Shown: positions 1 to 10,682, counted from the first letter of the stretch. The stretch: 49,579 nucleotides of DNA from Pseudomonadota bacterium (GCA_034439715.1 JAWXAY010000072.1:1-49579); one strand, 5' to 3'. Notes: generated by a model not told the origin, from the sequence alone. A program made the numbers and translations.

Positions 1-202
1 AACTCCGTTGGAGGCGAGCACCAAAAAAGCAATTCGCGCTTTATGCCAACTGTAAAACTACCACGAAGGAGAAATTGCACTTAATATTTGAAGACACGAG
101 TAGAGTGAGAATTGGTGAAAACACATGTGGGCAAATGGAAAGGGCCGTGGTTGGGGGCAGGATTATAACCGTAAAGCATAGCTCTAAAACAATATACTAG
201 GG

Positions 203-1750
203 TTAGCTTTTTACCTTAGCCAAGCGCGAGCGGTCGCCAGCCATTTGACTTTCAAAATACCGGGATAGGCGTACGAACGGCAAACCAATCACAAAATAGA
301 CAGCGGCAGCGAGAATTCCAATTCCGAGATAATCAAAATAGGTTGAGGCCAGCTGTCCATAGATGGTGGTGAGTTCCACCATCGTGATAACAGATACCAG
401 TGAGGAATCTTTGAGTAAGGCAATAAAGTCATTGGTAACAGGGGGAATTACCAGGCGCACGGCTTGGGGTAAAATAATATGCCGAAGCGCTTGAAAGCGA
501 GACATGCCGAGCGCAAGGGCGGCATCCATTTGATGGCGTGGTACAGATAAAATACCGGCCCGATAATTTTCGGCCTCGCAGGCACCGTAGTTAAGACCGA
601 GCCCCACAACAGCAGCAAAAAATGGATCCAATTTAATTCCGAAATGTGGTAATCCGTAAAAAATAAGGTAGAGCTGAATCAACAGAGGCGTGCCCCTAAA
701 GACTTCGACAAAACTGAGGGCTAAAATTGAAAATGGTTTCGGACCGTAAAGGCGCATCAGCGCCACGCCCAATCCAATAAGAATAGCGAGGATCATCGAA
801 GCAATACTAACTTTGAGAGTAAGGAGGGCCCCTTTACCAAGCAGGGGTAAAAAACTGATGTATTGCTGCGCTTTATCTATCCAGGATCGTTTTTGTCCTG
901 TGGACTCGAGGTAATTCTCGAAAGCGGTGGGTGGCGTTTTAATTTTTGAATCCTGCCCCCAACTCTCTGCAATTACGGAATTCCACAGAGCCCAATTTTC
1001 AAAAATCTTTTTAAGCGTGCCATCGACTATTAATTTTTTTAAAGCCAAATCAATTTCGTTGAGTCGGACGCTATCTTTAGGTCTCACAGCTATGCCGTAT
1101 TCCATGCGACCAATTGGCTTGCCGACCGATTTTAGCTTTGGATTGGGACCTGCATAATAAAGCGCGATGGGAGCATCCAATAAAACGGCATCAATTCGAC
1201 CCATGGTTAAATCATTATAAGCGTGAATCTCTTGGTCGTAAGCGAGAGCCTCAATACCCGATTTTTCTTGCAGTATTTTTAGAGCAAGTGAGCCGTCGAG
1301 TGTTCCTACTTTATGACCAATAAGATCGTCGAGAGAATTAATATCAAAAGATGTTTTTCTGACAGTGAGCTGCTGGTAGGTCACATAATAGGGGACAGAG
1401 AAGCCGACTTCGTGTTTACGCTCTTCGGTAATTTCGAGGCCGTTTACGACGAGGTCGTAATCTTTTCGTTTGAGACCCTCGACCAGGCCTTCCCACTTAT
1501 TTTGCACATGTTGAGGCTCTAGCCCCATCTCTTGTGCCAACGCTTTTACGAGATCGACCTCAAAGCCTATTAGAAGTTCGGGATTTTTGGGATCCCTAAA
1601 GGCGTAAGGCGCGCCACTTTCGCTATCGGCGCCCCAACGAAGGGTGTCGGCCCAAAGAGGCGACCCAAGTGTCGGACAAAAAAGCCCAATTATAAAAAAA
1701 GAAATAATAAAATTCTTCAATTCAGTGCCTTCCTTCAGCGGCGTCTTCAA
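203..1750 (-). CDS. Polar amino-acid ABC transporter, fused substrate-binding protein + permease
   Basis: N-terminal signal-like stretch; SBP_bac_3 motifs (GFEVDL, GRIDAV, YGIAVR); C-terminal HisM/GlnP permease (FRGTPLLIQL, AENYRAGI, KDSSLVSVI). TTGA overlap with the upstream ATPase stop. Confidence 0.92.
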   Translation of the reverse strand: MKTPLKEGTELKNFIISFFIIGLFCPTLGSPLWADTLRWGADSESGAPYAFRDPKNPELLIGFEVDLVKALAQEMGLEPQHVQNKWEGLVEGLKRKDYDLVVNGLEITEERKHEVGFSVPYYVTYQQLTVRKTSFDINSLDDLIGHKVGTLDGSLALKILQEKSGIEALAYDQEIHAYNDLTMGRIDAVLLDAPIALYYAGPNPKLKSVGKPIGRMEYGIAVRPKDSVRLNEIDLALKKLIVDGTLKKIFENWALWNSVIAESWGQDSKIKTPPTAFENYLESTGQKRSWIDKAQQYISFLPLLGKGALLTLKVSIASMILAILIGLGVALMRLYGPKPFSILALSFVEVFRGTPLLIQLYLIFYGLPHFGIKLDPFFAAVVGLGLNYGACEAENYRAGILSVPRHQMDAALALGMSRFQALRHIILPQAVRLVIPPVTNDFIALLKDSSLVSVITMVELTTIYGQLASTYFDYLGIGILAAAVYFVIGLPFVRLSRYFESQMAGDRSRLAKVKS

Positions 1751-2517
1751 ATAAAGTGTTTTAAAAATTTTCGAGTGCGTTCGTCTTGAGGCTTGCCAAA
1801 GATTTGATTGGCACTACCCATTTCAACAATTGAACCATCCTCGATATAGACAATATGATCAGCTACATCACGAGCAAAGCGCATTTCGTGAGTGACCACC
1901 AGTTGAGTCATGCCTTCTTGGTCCAGTTGCTTCATAACCTGCAGTACTTCGTCAACGAGCATGGGATCCAATGCACTTGTTGGTTCATCATAGAGTAATA
2001 ATTTTGGTTCCATAGCCAGCGCACGCGCGATGGCCGCTCGTTGTTGTTGCCCACCGGAAAGTTCATAGGGGTAGTGTTCTATATGGCTGTCAAGACCCAC
2101 TTTCTTAAGAAGGTAGAGAGCTTTTTCTCGGGCCGCTTCTCGAGAAATTTTTTTAACCACCATAGGAGATTTCATGATGTTTTCTAGCACTGTTAAATGC
2201 GGAAATAAGTTAAAACTTTGAAAGACCATTCCGACGCTTTGTCTTACCAATAGGGAGCCGGAATCAATTTCACTAAGTCCGACTTCTTTAGAGCTGCGCA
2301 ATTTGATTTTATTAACCAAGACTTCGCCACTATCGATTGACTCTAAGCCATTCAGACAGCGCAAAAATGTGGATTTACCGCAACCTGAGGGACCGATGAG
2401 AACAGTGAGATCGCCGGCCTCCATATTGAGATTGATTCCACGCAAAACAGGCTTGTTTTGAAAGGATTTATGCACGTCTTTTGCAGAAACTATCAGCTCT
2501 GGTTTCATTGACTCCAA
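1747..2517 (-). CDS. glnQ: Amino-acid ABC transporter ATP-binding protein (GlnQ family)
   Basis: Walker A GPSGCGKST, signature LSGGQQQR, DEPTSALDP, VTHEMRFA. Confidence 0.92.
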   Translation of the reverse strand: MESMKPELIVSAKDVHKSFQNKPVLRGINLNMEAGDLTVLIGPSGCGKSTFLRCLNGLESIDSGEVLVNKIKLRSSKEVGLSEIDSGSLLVRQSVGMVFQSFNLFPHLTVLENIMKSPMVVKKISREAAREKALYLLKKVGLDSHIEHYPYELSGGQQQRAAIARALAMEPKLLLYDEPTSALDPMLVDEVLQVMKQLDQEGMTQLVVTHEMRFARDVADHIVYIEDGSIVEMGSANQIFGKPQDERTRKFLKHFI

Positions 2518-2631
2518 TAAGTCCCTCCAAGAACTTTTGTTTTAAGTGAAAACTGTTTATAATTCTAGAAAAAAAAAGTTTTTCCCATATAGGGCCTGGC
2601 AGCTTACGAGAATTGTGGTATATGAAACCAA

Positions 2632-5106
2632 ATGACACCTTTAATGCAACAATATTGGTCGATAAAGGCCGCCCATAAAGATGAGCTTTTATTTTTTCGG
2701 ATGGGTGACTTTTATGAGCTATTTCATGATGATGCCAGAGTTGCGGCACCCGTACTTAATATTGCTTTAACTTCGAGAAATAAAAAAAATGCTGATGAAA
2801 CAGCCATGTGTGGAATGCCTTACCATAGTGTTGCCGGTCCTATTAATAAGCTTCTTGAATCGGGATTTCGCGTTGCTATCTGTGATCAAATTGAAGATCC
2901 CGCTTTAGCAAAGGGCATTGTTAAGCGAGCTGTGACTCGAATTTTAAGTCCCGGAATGGTATTTGATCCCGAAACTCTCGATGGCTCCAAGGCCAACTAT
3001 ATTTGCAGTGTCGATAGAGAAACACTGTGTTTTTTAGATGCCACAACGGGTGAAGGTTTTTATTTTCTTGGCAAAAAAAATTCCCTAGGACTCACAAAGG
3101 ATTTTGCTGGTCTCATTGAGCTCTTGTCTCCTAAAGAAATCATCGTGTGTAGCGACCATGCCAACCAACTTTTACAATTAAAGATACTTTCGGGCCCTGT
3201 CATTACCAAGTTTGACCGGCTTATCGATACCCCTCAGCATAAAAACCTCCCCGATACTGCCAAGCGACTTTTGGCTTATGCTGTACACATGCAGGGCGAG
3301 TCCCTATTAAATACCATCTCGGAATTTGAAAATCGTTCTATCTTAAAAAGATTAGTGCTTTCTCCAACGGTCATTAGGCATTTAGAGGTTTTTGAGAATT
3401 ACGCAGGTGAAGTGAAGGGCAGTCTCTTTGACGCCATAAACCTCACGAAAACTGCCGCTGGCAGTCGGTTACTTAAATCATGGCTGCGCTTTCCGCTTTT
3501 GGACCTTAATAAAATCAAAGCCAGGCAAGATCATTTGGGATTTTGGCTGAGTGATATTTCAGGTCTTAAAAGAGTACGTACACTTTTCTCTCAAATGTTT
3601 GATGTCGAACGAAGAATCGGTAAAATCGTTAATCCCAGTTGTGGACCCCGAGATTTTATCTCGTTGAGTAACTCTCTTAAAGTGGGAGTTGAAGTTAGCC
3701 GAGCTGATAAGAATCTATCTTATTCACCGCTAGATCTTGAAAAGGTCCAAGGCGTGATATCGTTAATTGAAAATACTCTTCGTGAAGAACCTTCAGTCAG
3801 TATCGCCAAAGGGGGAGTTATAGCCGATGGGTTTAATAACGTACTTGACGAACTTGTTGGTCTTTCTGACCATGCCGAGAAAGCTATAAACGCCATCGAG
3901 GCCCGCGAAAAACTTAACTCCGGTATTTCTAGTTTAAAAATTAGATTTAACAATGTGTTTGGCTACTATATTGAAGTCACAAACACACATTTAGAAAAAG
4001 TCCCTAAAAACTATATTCGTCGGCAGACGCTGGCCCAGGCCGAGCGCTATATCACTCCGGAGCTTCAAGAGTTAGAAAATAAAATTCTGTCAGCAAAGGC
4101 CAGACGTATAGAGTTAGAGGGACAGCTTTTTTCAGAACTTAAAACACAAGTGATTTCTCAACTCGGCACTTTACTGACATTCGCTAAGCTTTGGAGCGAA
4201 TGTGACGTTGTAACATCGCTGGCTTGGCTGGCATTACAAGATAACTACGTGCGGCCAGAATTTAAAAATGATAAGAAACTTGAAATTAAAAACGGCCGAC
4301 ACCCTGTAGTTGAAAATAAGATTGGTAAAAACTTTGTGCCGAATAATGTGGAATTAAGTTTTGGCGACTGCCTTTTGTTAACCGGCCCCAATATGGCCGG
4401 CAAAAGTACCCTCATGCGCCAGGTCGCCGTTTTAGTTATAATGGCTCAAATCGGCAGTTTTGTACCAGCAGTCGCAATGAGCATGCCGTTGTTTCATAGA
4501 TTTTTTACCAGAATTGGTGCTAGTGACTCTTTAGCTCAAGGGTTATCAACTTTTATGGTTGAAATGAGTGAGACGGCTGAAATGTTAGAAAGTGCTGATG
4601 GAAATTCTTTGGTGATTCTCGACGAGATTGGCCGAGGCACAAGCACCTACGACGGTTTAAGTCTTGCGCAGTCGATTTTAGAATTTTTGCTTGAGAGTTC
4701 TGGAAGCCTTATATTTTTTGCTACCCATTATCATGAACTCACTCAGTTGTCGGAAAAAAATCATAGGATAAAAAACCACCACATGAGTATTCATGAAAAA
4801 AATGGCGCCATGACCTTTTTATATACTTTGCGCGAGGGTCCCGCCAACAAGTCCTACGGAATTCAGGTGGCCAAATTAGCAGGATTGCCCGCTAGTGTGA
4901 CTGAACGTGCGCAATGCTTACTTAAGGTACTGGAGTCTGATTCGGGGAGAGGCCAACTAAGTTTAACTTTTGGCCTGGACCAAAATACGGAACAGTCTAA
5001 AAAATTCACTGATTTGGGCGAACAAGTGCGCACTGTTCTCATTGAAAAGATGACGCCACTCGATGCATTGAATAAGATATCTGAGTGGCAACAAAATTAT
5101 TTTTAA
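2632..5106 (+). CDS. mutS: DNA mismatch repair protein MutS
   Basis: TPLMQQY...FRMGDFYELF N-terminus, TGPNMAGKST, STFMVEM, DEIGRGTST, THYHEL, SYGIQVAKLAGLP. Confidence 0.98.
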   Translation: MTPLMQQYWSIKAAHKDELLFFRMGDFYELFHDDARVAAPVLNIALTSRNKKNADETAMCGMPYHSVAGPINKLLESGFRVAICDQIEDPALAKGIVKRAVTRILSPGMVFDPETLDGSKANYICSVDRETLCFLDATTGEGFYFLGKKNSLGLTKDFAGLIELLSPKEIIVCSDHANQLLQLKILSGPVITKFDRLIDTPQHKNLPDTAKRLLAYAVHMQGESLLNTISEFENRSILKRLVLSPTVIRHLEVFENYAGEVKGSLFDAINLTKTAAGSRLLKSWLRFPLLDLNKIKARQDHLGFWLSDISGLKRVRTLFSQMFDVERRIGKIVNPSCGPRDFISLSNSLKVGVEVSRADKNLSYSPLDLEKVQGVISLIENTLREEPSVSIAKGGVIADGFNNVLDELVGLSDHAEKAINAIEAREKLNSGISSLKIRFNNVFGYYIEVTNTHLEKVPKNYIRRQTLAQAERYITPELQELENKILSAKARRIELEGQLFSELKTQVISQLGTLLTFAKLWSECDVVTSLAWLALQDNYVRPEFKNDKKLEIKNGRHPVVENKIGKNFVPNNVELSFGDCLLLTGPNMAGKSTLMRQVAVLVIMAQIGSFVPAVAMSMPLFHRFFTRIGASDSLAQGLSTFMVEMSETAEMLESADGNSLVILDEIGRGTSTYDGLSLAQSILEFLLESSGSLIFFATHYHELTQLSEKNHRIKNHHMSIHEKNGAMTFLYTLREGPANKSYGIQVAKLAGLPASVTERAQCLLKVLESDSGRGQLSLTFGLDQNTEQSKKFTDLGEQVRTVLIEKMTPLDALNKISEWQQNYF

Positions 5107-7385
5107 CCGAAACCGAAAAAATCGAAGCTGAAAAGGTATTAAAGCCTCCGTATCCTCTCCTTGATGGGAACGAAAAAAAATCAATTCAATTTTCGAATCG
5201 CGACTTTTCAGAATGGTTAGCCCAAAAGCTGCTCTCGCGTTTTGATTCTATTAATGGTTGGGAGCAATCGGAACCCATAAAATTGGGCTCGTGGGCGCGA
5301 GGGGAGCTCTGCCCCCTATCTGATTTTGACGTTCTCTTTGTGGGCCTCGAGGATAAAACAAAGATTGTCATTGAGAAACTAAACGAACTGGGACTTAAAT
5401 TAAGACATCGTTATCCCGAAGATATCAGCGATTGGACCCAAGGAGTAGAAGCCTTTGATATTTTGGCTCTCAAGAACGCGACTGCCATTTTAGAAAAAAC
5501 AAGTATCAAAAAAATAGAACAGATTAAAAAGATTGATTCTCTAGGGTCTTCATTTTCGCGTGAGCTCCTGAGGGCCATGGTGAAGGAGCGAAAGGCGCGG
5601 GCGCTGCGCCACGATTCGATTGCTAACTTTTTAGAGCCGAATATAAAATATGGTGCCGGTGGCTTAAGAGATTTAGAGCAGGGCCTACAAATTCTGGCTC
5701 TTTTTCCTAAGAGATTTAATAACATCGAACATGTTTTAAGTGTTCTAAACTATTACAAGAATTTTTATCTAACAGTCAGGCAAAAGTACCACTTACTAGG
5801 CGGCAGCGACGTGCTTGTGGCCGAACTTCAGGGGGAAATCAGCCAGTGGTTTGGCTATAAAAATCGAACTGACTTTATGTGGCAAGTAGAGTTGGGACTC
5901 TCACGGGTGAGTTTTTACTCAGACTGGATTATTGCGGTCGCAAGTACTAAGGGCGAGAGTTTAATAGAAAAATCTAACACGCAAATAGCTTCAGTGCCTA
6001 AGGCTTTTGAGATTCTTAATAAAAACCCTACCTTGTTAAATCAGTATAGAGTCAGAAGAAATCTCAATGATTTATTTTCAAAGAGTTTGCCCGCAAATCA
6101 GATGGGACAAATGTTGAGTAAATATATTCGTATTGAACAGAGCGAGGATTTTTTAAAATCACTATTTGGAGCCCGATTTATTGATCGCTGCATTCCTCGG
6201 TTACGGCCGATTTTTGCTTTGGTTCAGCATGATCAATATCATCGCTACAGTGTTGATGCTCATATTTTACAAGCTTTAAAAACGACTTTGCGCCTCTACA
6301 AACGGCCTCGCTCGCTTGAAGGCGTCGCCAGTATTACAAAAGGGTTTAAAGATTTTGATTGGCAAGTCATGCTTTGGGCATGCATCTATCATGATATAGC
6401 TAAAGGGAGTGGGCAACCCCATGAGATCGAAGGCGGCAAGTATGTTAGAGAGGACTTTAAATCTTGGGGCTTTTCAAAGAAATTAATGGATGAAGTGGCA
6501 TGGGTTGTTGAAAAACATTTAATCTTATCTCGTACGGCGTTTCGGAAAAATCTGCGATCAAGCAAAACTTGGGCCGAGTTAAGTGATCAGGGTGCGACAG
6601 GAGATCGGTTGAATCGTTTAGCCGTTTTTACCGCTATCGACATTAAGGCAACAAACCCTGAAGCATGGAACTCCTGGAAGGCGGGGCTGTTACAGGATTG
6701 TGTATCAGTAATGAATAAAACCGAGGCCAGTCAGTTTGTAAAGTTTTTCGAATATGCTAAAAAGAAAAAAGTGGAATTACCCAATGAAGCGAGACAGGCA
6801 CTCGATCCGATACTCACAGAGAGTCTTCCACACAAGGTTTTGCTCGAAGATTTAATGATGCTTAAATCCTGCGAGAAAGACCTACCCGCCAAAATATTTG
6901 TGCCCAAATCACACAAAAGTCGTTTCTGGGTGAGATTTCATCGGCTCCACGATAAGCCGGGGATCTTTTTTGAATTTGTTGAGAGGATATTTTCGGGAGG
7001 TGGGAGTTTTCACCAAGCCGTGGTTCAAACTTTACCGACATATGGTGTCTACGACTGGTTTGAAATTAAGGCAAATAACCCTCAGCAATTTAAAAAACTT
7101 TTAAACATGAACTTAAAGTCACCGGATTTACCTCGAGTAAAATTTGAAAATATAGAAATCGTGAGCCAAGATGAAGTAGAAACTGTTTTTAGTTTCCGCG
7201 GTCTTGATCAACGAGGTGCTCTCATTAACGCGGTCAAGGCTTTGACGCAACTGGGGCTAACAATTCGATGGGCCAGAGTCCTTACTTGGGGCCGCCAAAT
7301 CGATGATCTTTTTGGTGTGGCGTTACCTAAAAATAAAACTGCTAAAGAAATTCTTTTGCAGTTAGAAGCACTTCAAAAAAATTAA
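5085..7385 (+). CDS. glnD: Bifunctional uridylyltransferase/uridylyl-removing enzyme GlnD-like (NTase + HD + ACT-like)
   Basis: GSWARGELCPLSDFD nucleotidyltransferase motif, EPNIKYGAGGLRDL, HRYSVDAH, YHDIAKG HD domain, WNSWKAGLL, C-terminal DKPG/DQRG ACT-like segments. Confidence 0.88.
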   Translation: MATKLFLTETEKIEAEKVLKPPYPLLDGNEKKSIQFSNRDFSEWLAQKLLSRFDSINGWEQSEPIKLGSWARGELCPLSDFDVLFVGLEDKTKIVIEKLNELGLKLRHRYPEDISDWTQGVEAFDILALKNATAILEKTSIKKIEQIKKIDSLGSSFSRELLRAMVKERKARALRHDSIANFLEPNIKYGAGGLRDLEQGLQILALFPKRFNNIEHVLSVLNYYKNFYLTVRQKYHLLGGSDVLVAELQGEISQWFGYKNRTDFMWQVELGLSRVSFYSDWIIAVASTKGESLIEKSNTQIASVPKAFEILNKNPTLLNQYRVRRNLNDLFSKSLPANQMGQMLSKYIRIEQSEDFLKSLFGARFIDRCIPRLRPIFALVQHDQYHRYSVDAHILQALKTTLRLYKRPRSLEGVASITKGFKDFDWQVMLWACIYHDIAKGSGQPHEIEGGKYVREDFKSWGFSKKLMDEVAWVVEKHLILSRTAFRKNLRSSKTWAELSDQGATGDRLNRLAVFTAIDIKATNPEAWNSWKAGLLQDCVSVMNKTEASQFVKFFEYAKKKKVELPNEARQALDPILTESLPHKVLLEDLMMLKSCEKDLPAKIFVPKSHKSRFWVRFHRLHDKPGIFFEFVERIFSGGGSFHQAVVQTLPTYGVYDWFEIKANNPQQFKKLLNMNLKSPDLPRVKFENIEIVSQDEVETVFSFRGLDQRGALINAVKALTQLGLTIRWARVLTWGRQIDDLFGVALPKNKTAKEILLQLEALQKN

Positions 7386-7951
7386 TTAAAAAAGTAAGTG
7401 GTGCGAACTTGAAGGCCTGCAAATTGGAGATCTTCCGAGTTGATTTGAGCCTGTAGATTAACTTGTCGATAGATAACTTCAATGGCCCACTGCCGGTCAG
7501 TTTTCAGATTCGCGAGATATCCAAAGCCATATTGAAGACCCCAGTCGGCTCGAACGGGGACGGAATTGATTCTCGCATTTGTCGGCACGGCATAGTTAAA
7601 CCCCGCCAAAAGATACGACCGAGAATTGAGACTATAGGTTATTGAAGGGTCAGTTGTGACCAACAAAAAGGATCGACTGGTATCAAGGTTAATGCCCCAA
7701 TCAAATCCAAACCTTTGATTAATTGCGTTGGTAAAGCGAATGCCTAGACCCGAGTTACCACTTACTTGATCACTTCCTTCACCAATATGTAGTGAAATCC
7801 CAGGGACTTGACGGAAGAGCTGACTTTTTATGTCGCGAGCCAGATTTTTCACTTTGAATGTAGTCGTACTTTGATCGTCGGTGGCCTGGGCAATCATAGG
7901 GAGAACCAGAAACAGAGCCAACAGAATTTTATTTTTCATTTTATTTTTCAT
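7382..7951 (-). CDS. Secreted outer-membrane beta-barrel-like hypothetical protein
   Basis: Signal peptide ending AQA, alternating aromatic beta-strands, aromatic C-terminus (TYFFN). Confidence 0.65.
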   Translation of the reverse strand: MKNKMKNKILLALFLVLPMIAQATDDQSTTTFKVKNLARDIKSQLFRQVPGISLHIGEGSDQVSGNSGLGIRFTNAINQRFGFDWGINLDTSRSFLLVTTDPSITYSLNSRSYLLAGFNYAVPTNARINSVPVRADWGLQYGFGYLANLKTDRQWAIEVIYRQVNLQAQINSEDLQFAGLQVRTTYFFN

Positions 7952-8181
7952 AGGGAGCTCCTTTTCATTTATAGTTCGTACTTATAAGGATTATCGAGAA
8001 ATTTCTTATTTGCACCAACTTGTTTGTAAGTGGCCACTTGGCCCATCTTGGCTGCGTTCCCTAGACTAAAAGTACTATCATGCGCGCATACTTCGGACTT
8101 TGGCCAACCATTTTGGCGCCGCAGCACATAAACAATTGTGAAGTTAGGTTCGCTTCGTATTACAATAAACGGCAAGCAAGT

Positions 8182-9234
8182 ATGTCAGGAGGACATTTGA
8201 GTTTTGTAACTGGTTTATCACTACCAAATTCAGTTAATAAGGATGTCCAACCTATTGACCTCGTCGATGATTTTATTCAGGGAGTGTACAAGAGTCAGTC
8301 GGCAAAAAAATTAGATGACATTTTAATGGACTACCATCTGACTACAAATAAGAAATTAAGGGCTAAGATCTGCCTCGATGTTGCCAAAAATCTAGGCATT
8401 CGCTCGAAAGATGTTTTGGGCTGGGCTTGTGGCTGCGAAATTTTTAATAATGCCTATCGTGTTTCAGAAATAAGTCTTCAAAAAATTCTGAACAGTGATT
8501 TTAATTCTACTGCCGAAGACCTTAAGAGCATTTATGAGAGCCAAATTGCGACTTCGAGCTTTTTAGCCTTAATTCCACTAAGCTTAGGGCAAATTCCGAT
8601 TAACGATGGCATTAAAAATCGCTTACTAATTACAGTCATGGATTTTTCGTTGAAGGTCCATGAGGCCCAATTGGGATTGCTTAACTTGGACTATCGGGGC
8701 AGTTCGGTGAACCGGTCGGCGAATTTGCCAGGGAGACTAATTTCTGAATACCAGGAGATAGTATCTCGAAAGGCTCAAGCTCTTTTTGAAATGCCTGTTT
8801 ACGGAACTGCTTTAATTGTTGGCCTTTCAGATAAAGAGGCTAAGCGCATATCAGAGAGTTTTAGGGACCTAGGAATCTTGGTTCAAATGGTTGAGGACAT
8901 CATCGCATTTTATGGGAACAAAGAAGACATGGAGTCCAGCTTGTCTTTCTTGAATCTCTTGTTGGTTTCTTATGTTTCAACATTTCCTAATCTTAGCGAT
9001 TCGATATTTCAGAAGGTTCAAAAGATTTTGAATGGGGAATCGGATCGCGAGGAATTGGCAAAAGAATTTTTAGAAAAACAGATTTTACGAGATGTCTTGA
9101 CCATAGTACGCAGCCAAATCATGAATATTGAAAAGTCAGAGTCACTTAAGCCTTGGCCAAAAATTGTCGAGCTGGTTAAAATCTATAGCCAAAACTTAAC
9201 AAGACCCATCGACCATTTACTCAGAAATTATTAA
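8182..9234 (+). CDS. Polyprenyl synthetase-fold protein with degenerate DDxxD motifs
   Basis: KKLRAKI (cf. GKRLRP), CEIFNNAYRVSE (FARM position), EAQLGLL (cf. GQxxD), RKAQALFE (cf. KTAxLF), LGILVQMVEDI (SARM position). The ORF is open from 8080, but homology-like sequence starts after the ATG at 8182; start uncertain. Confidence 0.7.
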   Translation: MSGGHLSFVTGLSLPNSVNKDVQPIDLVDDFIQGVYKSQSAKKLDDILMDYHLTTNKKLRAKICLDVAKNLGIRSKDVLGWACGCEIFNNAYRVSEISLQKILNSDFNSTAEDLKSIYESQIATSSFLALIPLSLGQIPINDGIKNRLLITVMDFSLKVHEAQLGLLNLDYRGSSVNRSANLPGRLISEYQEIVSRKAQALFEMPVYGTALIVGLSDKEAKRISESFRDLGILVQMVEDIIAFYGNKEDMESSLSFLNLLLVSYVSTFPNLSDSIFQKVQKILNGESDREELAKEFLEKQILRDVLTIVRSQIMNIEKSESLKPWPKIVELVKIYSQNLTRPIDHLLRNY

Positions 9235-9242
9235 GACGCAAT

Positions 9243-10682
9243 TTAAGATGCGATTTTCGCAGGGCCCAATTTTTGGGTTTGAATTTTCATAAAAGCCGCA
9301 AGTTTCTGCAACATCAAAGGGTCTAGCGGCATTTTTTGGAGTTTGGTATTTTCGCTTACCATGTGATCTAAGGCTGAAGACGGAGTAAACGAGATTTTAT
9401 CATCCTTAATTGACGACAGAGATTGAAACTTAGTTGCAATCGAAATAATGCGTGCGAGCTTTGAAATTTGAGTGCCTTTAAGTTTATGGGGAATGCCTGA
9501 GCCGTCTAACAATTCTCGGTGTTGCTCAATAATTTTTGAGATCTCTGGAGGAAGCGGCACCTTTTTTCTTTTTATCATTAAGACACTGTCGATGGGATAC
9601 CTTTCAAAAGCGGCTTTTTCTTCAAGGGTCCACCTGGCTTTTGGTTTCATATGAATTTGGGAGGACAGTCCTGCCAGACCAATATTGCCTAAGAGGCCGG
9701 TTAGCGCCGCAATTCTAATGTCTTCTTCATTACATTCTAAGACCCGCGCAAATAGAGCGCCGTAAGCACAAAGGTTCATGCAATCGTTATAGATTGATTC
9801 ATTTTGTCCACAGTGACCGACGATTTTTTTAAACATTGTTTCGGGGCTCCATTTTTTTGACACCCCAAGCTCTTTTAAAATGACTTCGCAGCGCTCAAGA
9901 ATAACCTTACCATGCTCATAGCCGGCATCGTCTCCATCTAGAAAATAAGACATAATAGTTTGAATCTCGCTTTTAACATTTTGTGATTTTTCTGTGAGAG
10001 ATATCGAGTCTTCTGCCTTTCGAATTTTTAAAACCTGGGTGGCGTATTTAAAAAACTGGCGCAGCTGGGTTTTTTTAACATAAACCCTTTGTCCCGCCGA
10101 ACCGCTAATTTTTGCGATAGCCTTATCGTCTAGTACCGAGCCTTGTCTGCGAAACATAATAGTTTTGTGGTTCGAGGGTAGGTGCACGTAGAGATTAAAA
10201 TCGATTTTTGTGCCTGGTTCAAAATCGTCAACGTGGATAGCGATAAGCGCCGACATAGGTATTTTGTCGCCGTCGATATCAATCGGTGCGAGCTGTAAAA
10301 TACGATCCGAAATAAATTCTTTATCGTAGTGAAGGTGCATAACGTAGCTAGCGCCATTTTTCTTGGCTTTACGAAAATCAAGCGTGGCATTTGAGTCGTG
10401 CAGGACTAAAACGGGGACGTGCGGAAAGTTCATTTTTGCTGATTGCACCCATTCACATGTTTTGCTGGTGTCGCTATCAGCACTTACGATGGCGAGCATT
10501 GGGTTTACAGCGTCGTCCGCAGAAGTCAGAAATCGGTCGATCGAAATATATTGCACTAAATTGTAGGGCTGATAGCCGGTTAAGATTTTGCCAAGCTCAG
10601 CTCTAATTTGGTTAGAAGGTCCCAGGACAAGAACATCAACTTTGCTCTGAGATGCTCCTTCCATTGCGGGTACTTCCTTCAT
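9243..10682 (-). CDS. HD-GYP-like protein with N-terminal receiver-like region; catalytic HD degenerate
   Basis: GLLGNIG in place of GLLHDIG, QHRELLDGSGIP in place of QHHExxDGSGYP, ARIISIATKF. ATGA-type overlap with cheX (10679-10682). Confidence 0.8.
   Translation of the reverse strand: MKEVPAMEGASQSKVDVLVLGPSNQIRAELGKILTGYQPYNLVQYISIDRFLTSADDAVNPMLAIVSADSDTSKTCEWVQSAKMNFPHVPVLVLHDSNATLDFRKAKKNGASYVMHLHYDKEFISDRILQLAPIDIDGDKIPMSALIAIHVDDFEPGTKIDFNLYVHLPSNHKTIMFRRQGSVLDDKAIAKISGSAGQRVYVKKTQLRQFFKYATQVLKIRKAEDSISLTEKSQNVKSEIQTIMSYFLDGDDAGYEHGKVILERCEVILKELGVSKKWSPETMFKKIVGHCGQNESIYNDCMNLCAYGALFARVLECNEEDIRIAALTGLLGNIGLAGLSSQIHMKPKARWTLEEKAAFERYPIDSVLMIKRKKVPLPPEISKIIEQHRELLDGSGIPHKLKGTQISKLARIISIATKFQSLSSIKDDKISFTPSSALDHMVSENTKLQKMPLDPLMLQKLAAFMKIQTQKLGPAKIAS

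Noticed and set aside
1..202. Possible promoter (minus-strand TATAAT near 162-167) and pyrimidine-rich leader or partial gene
   Set aside because: No supportable ORF or RNA structure within the window; needs the adjacent sequence
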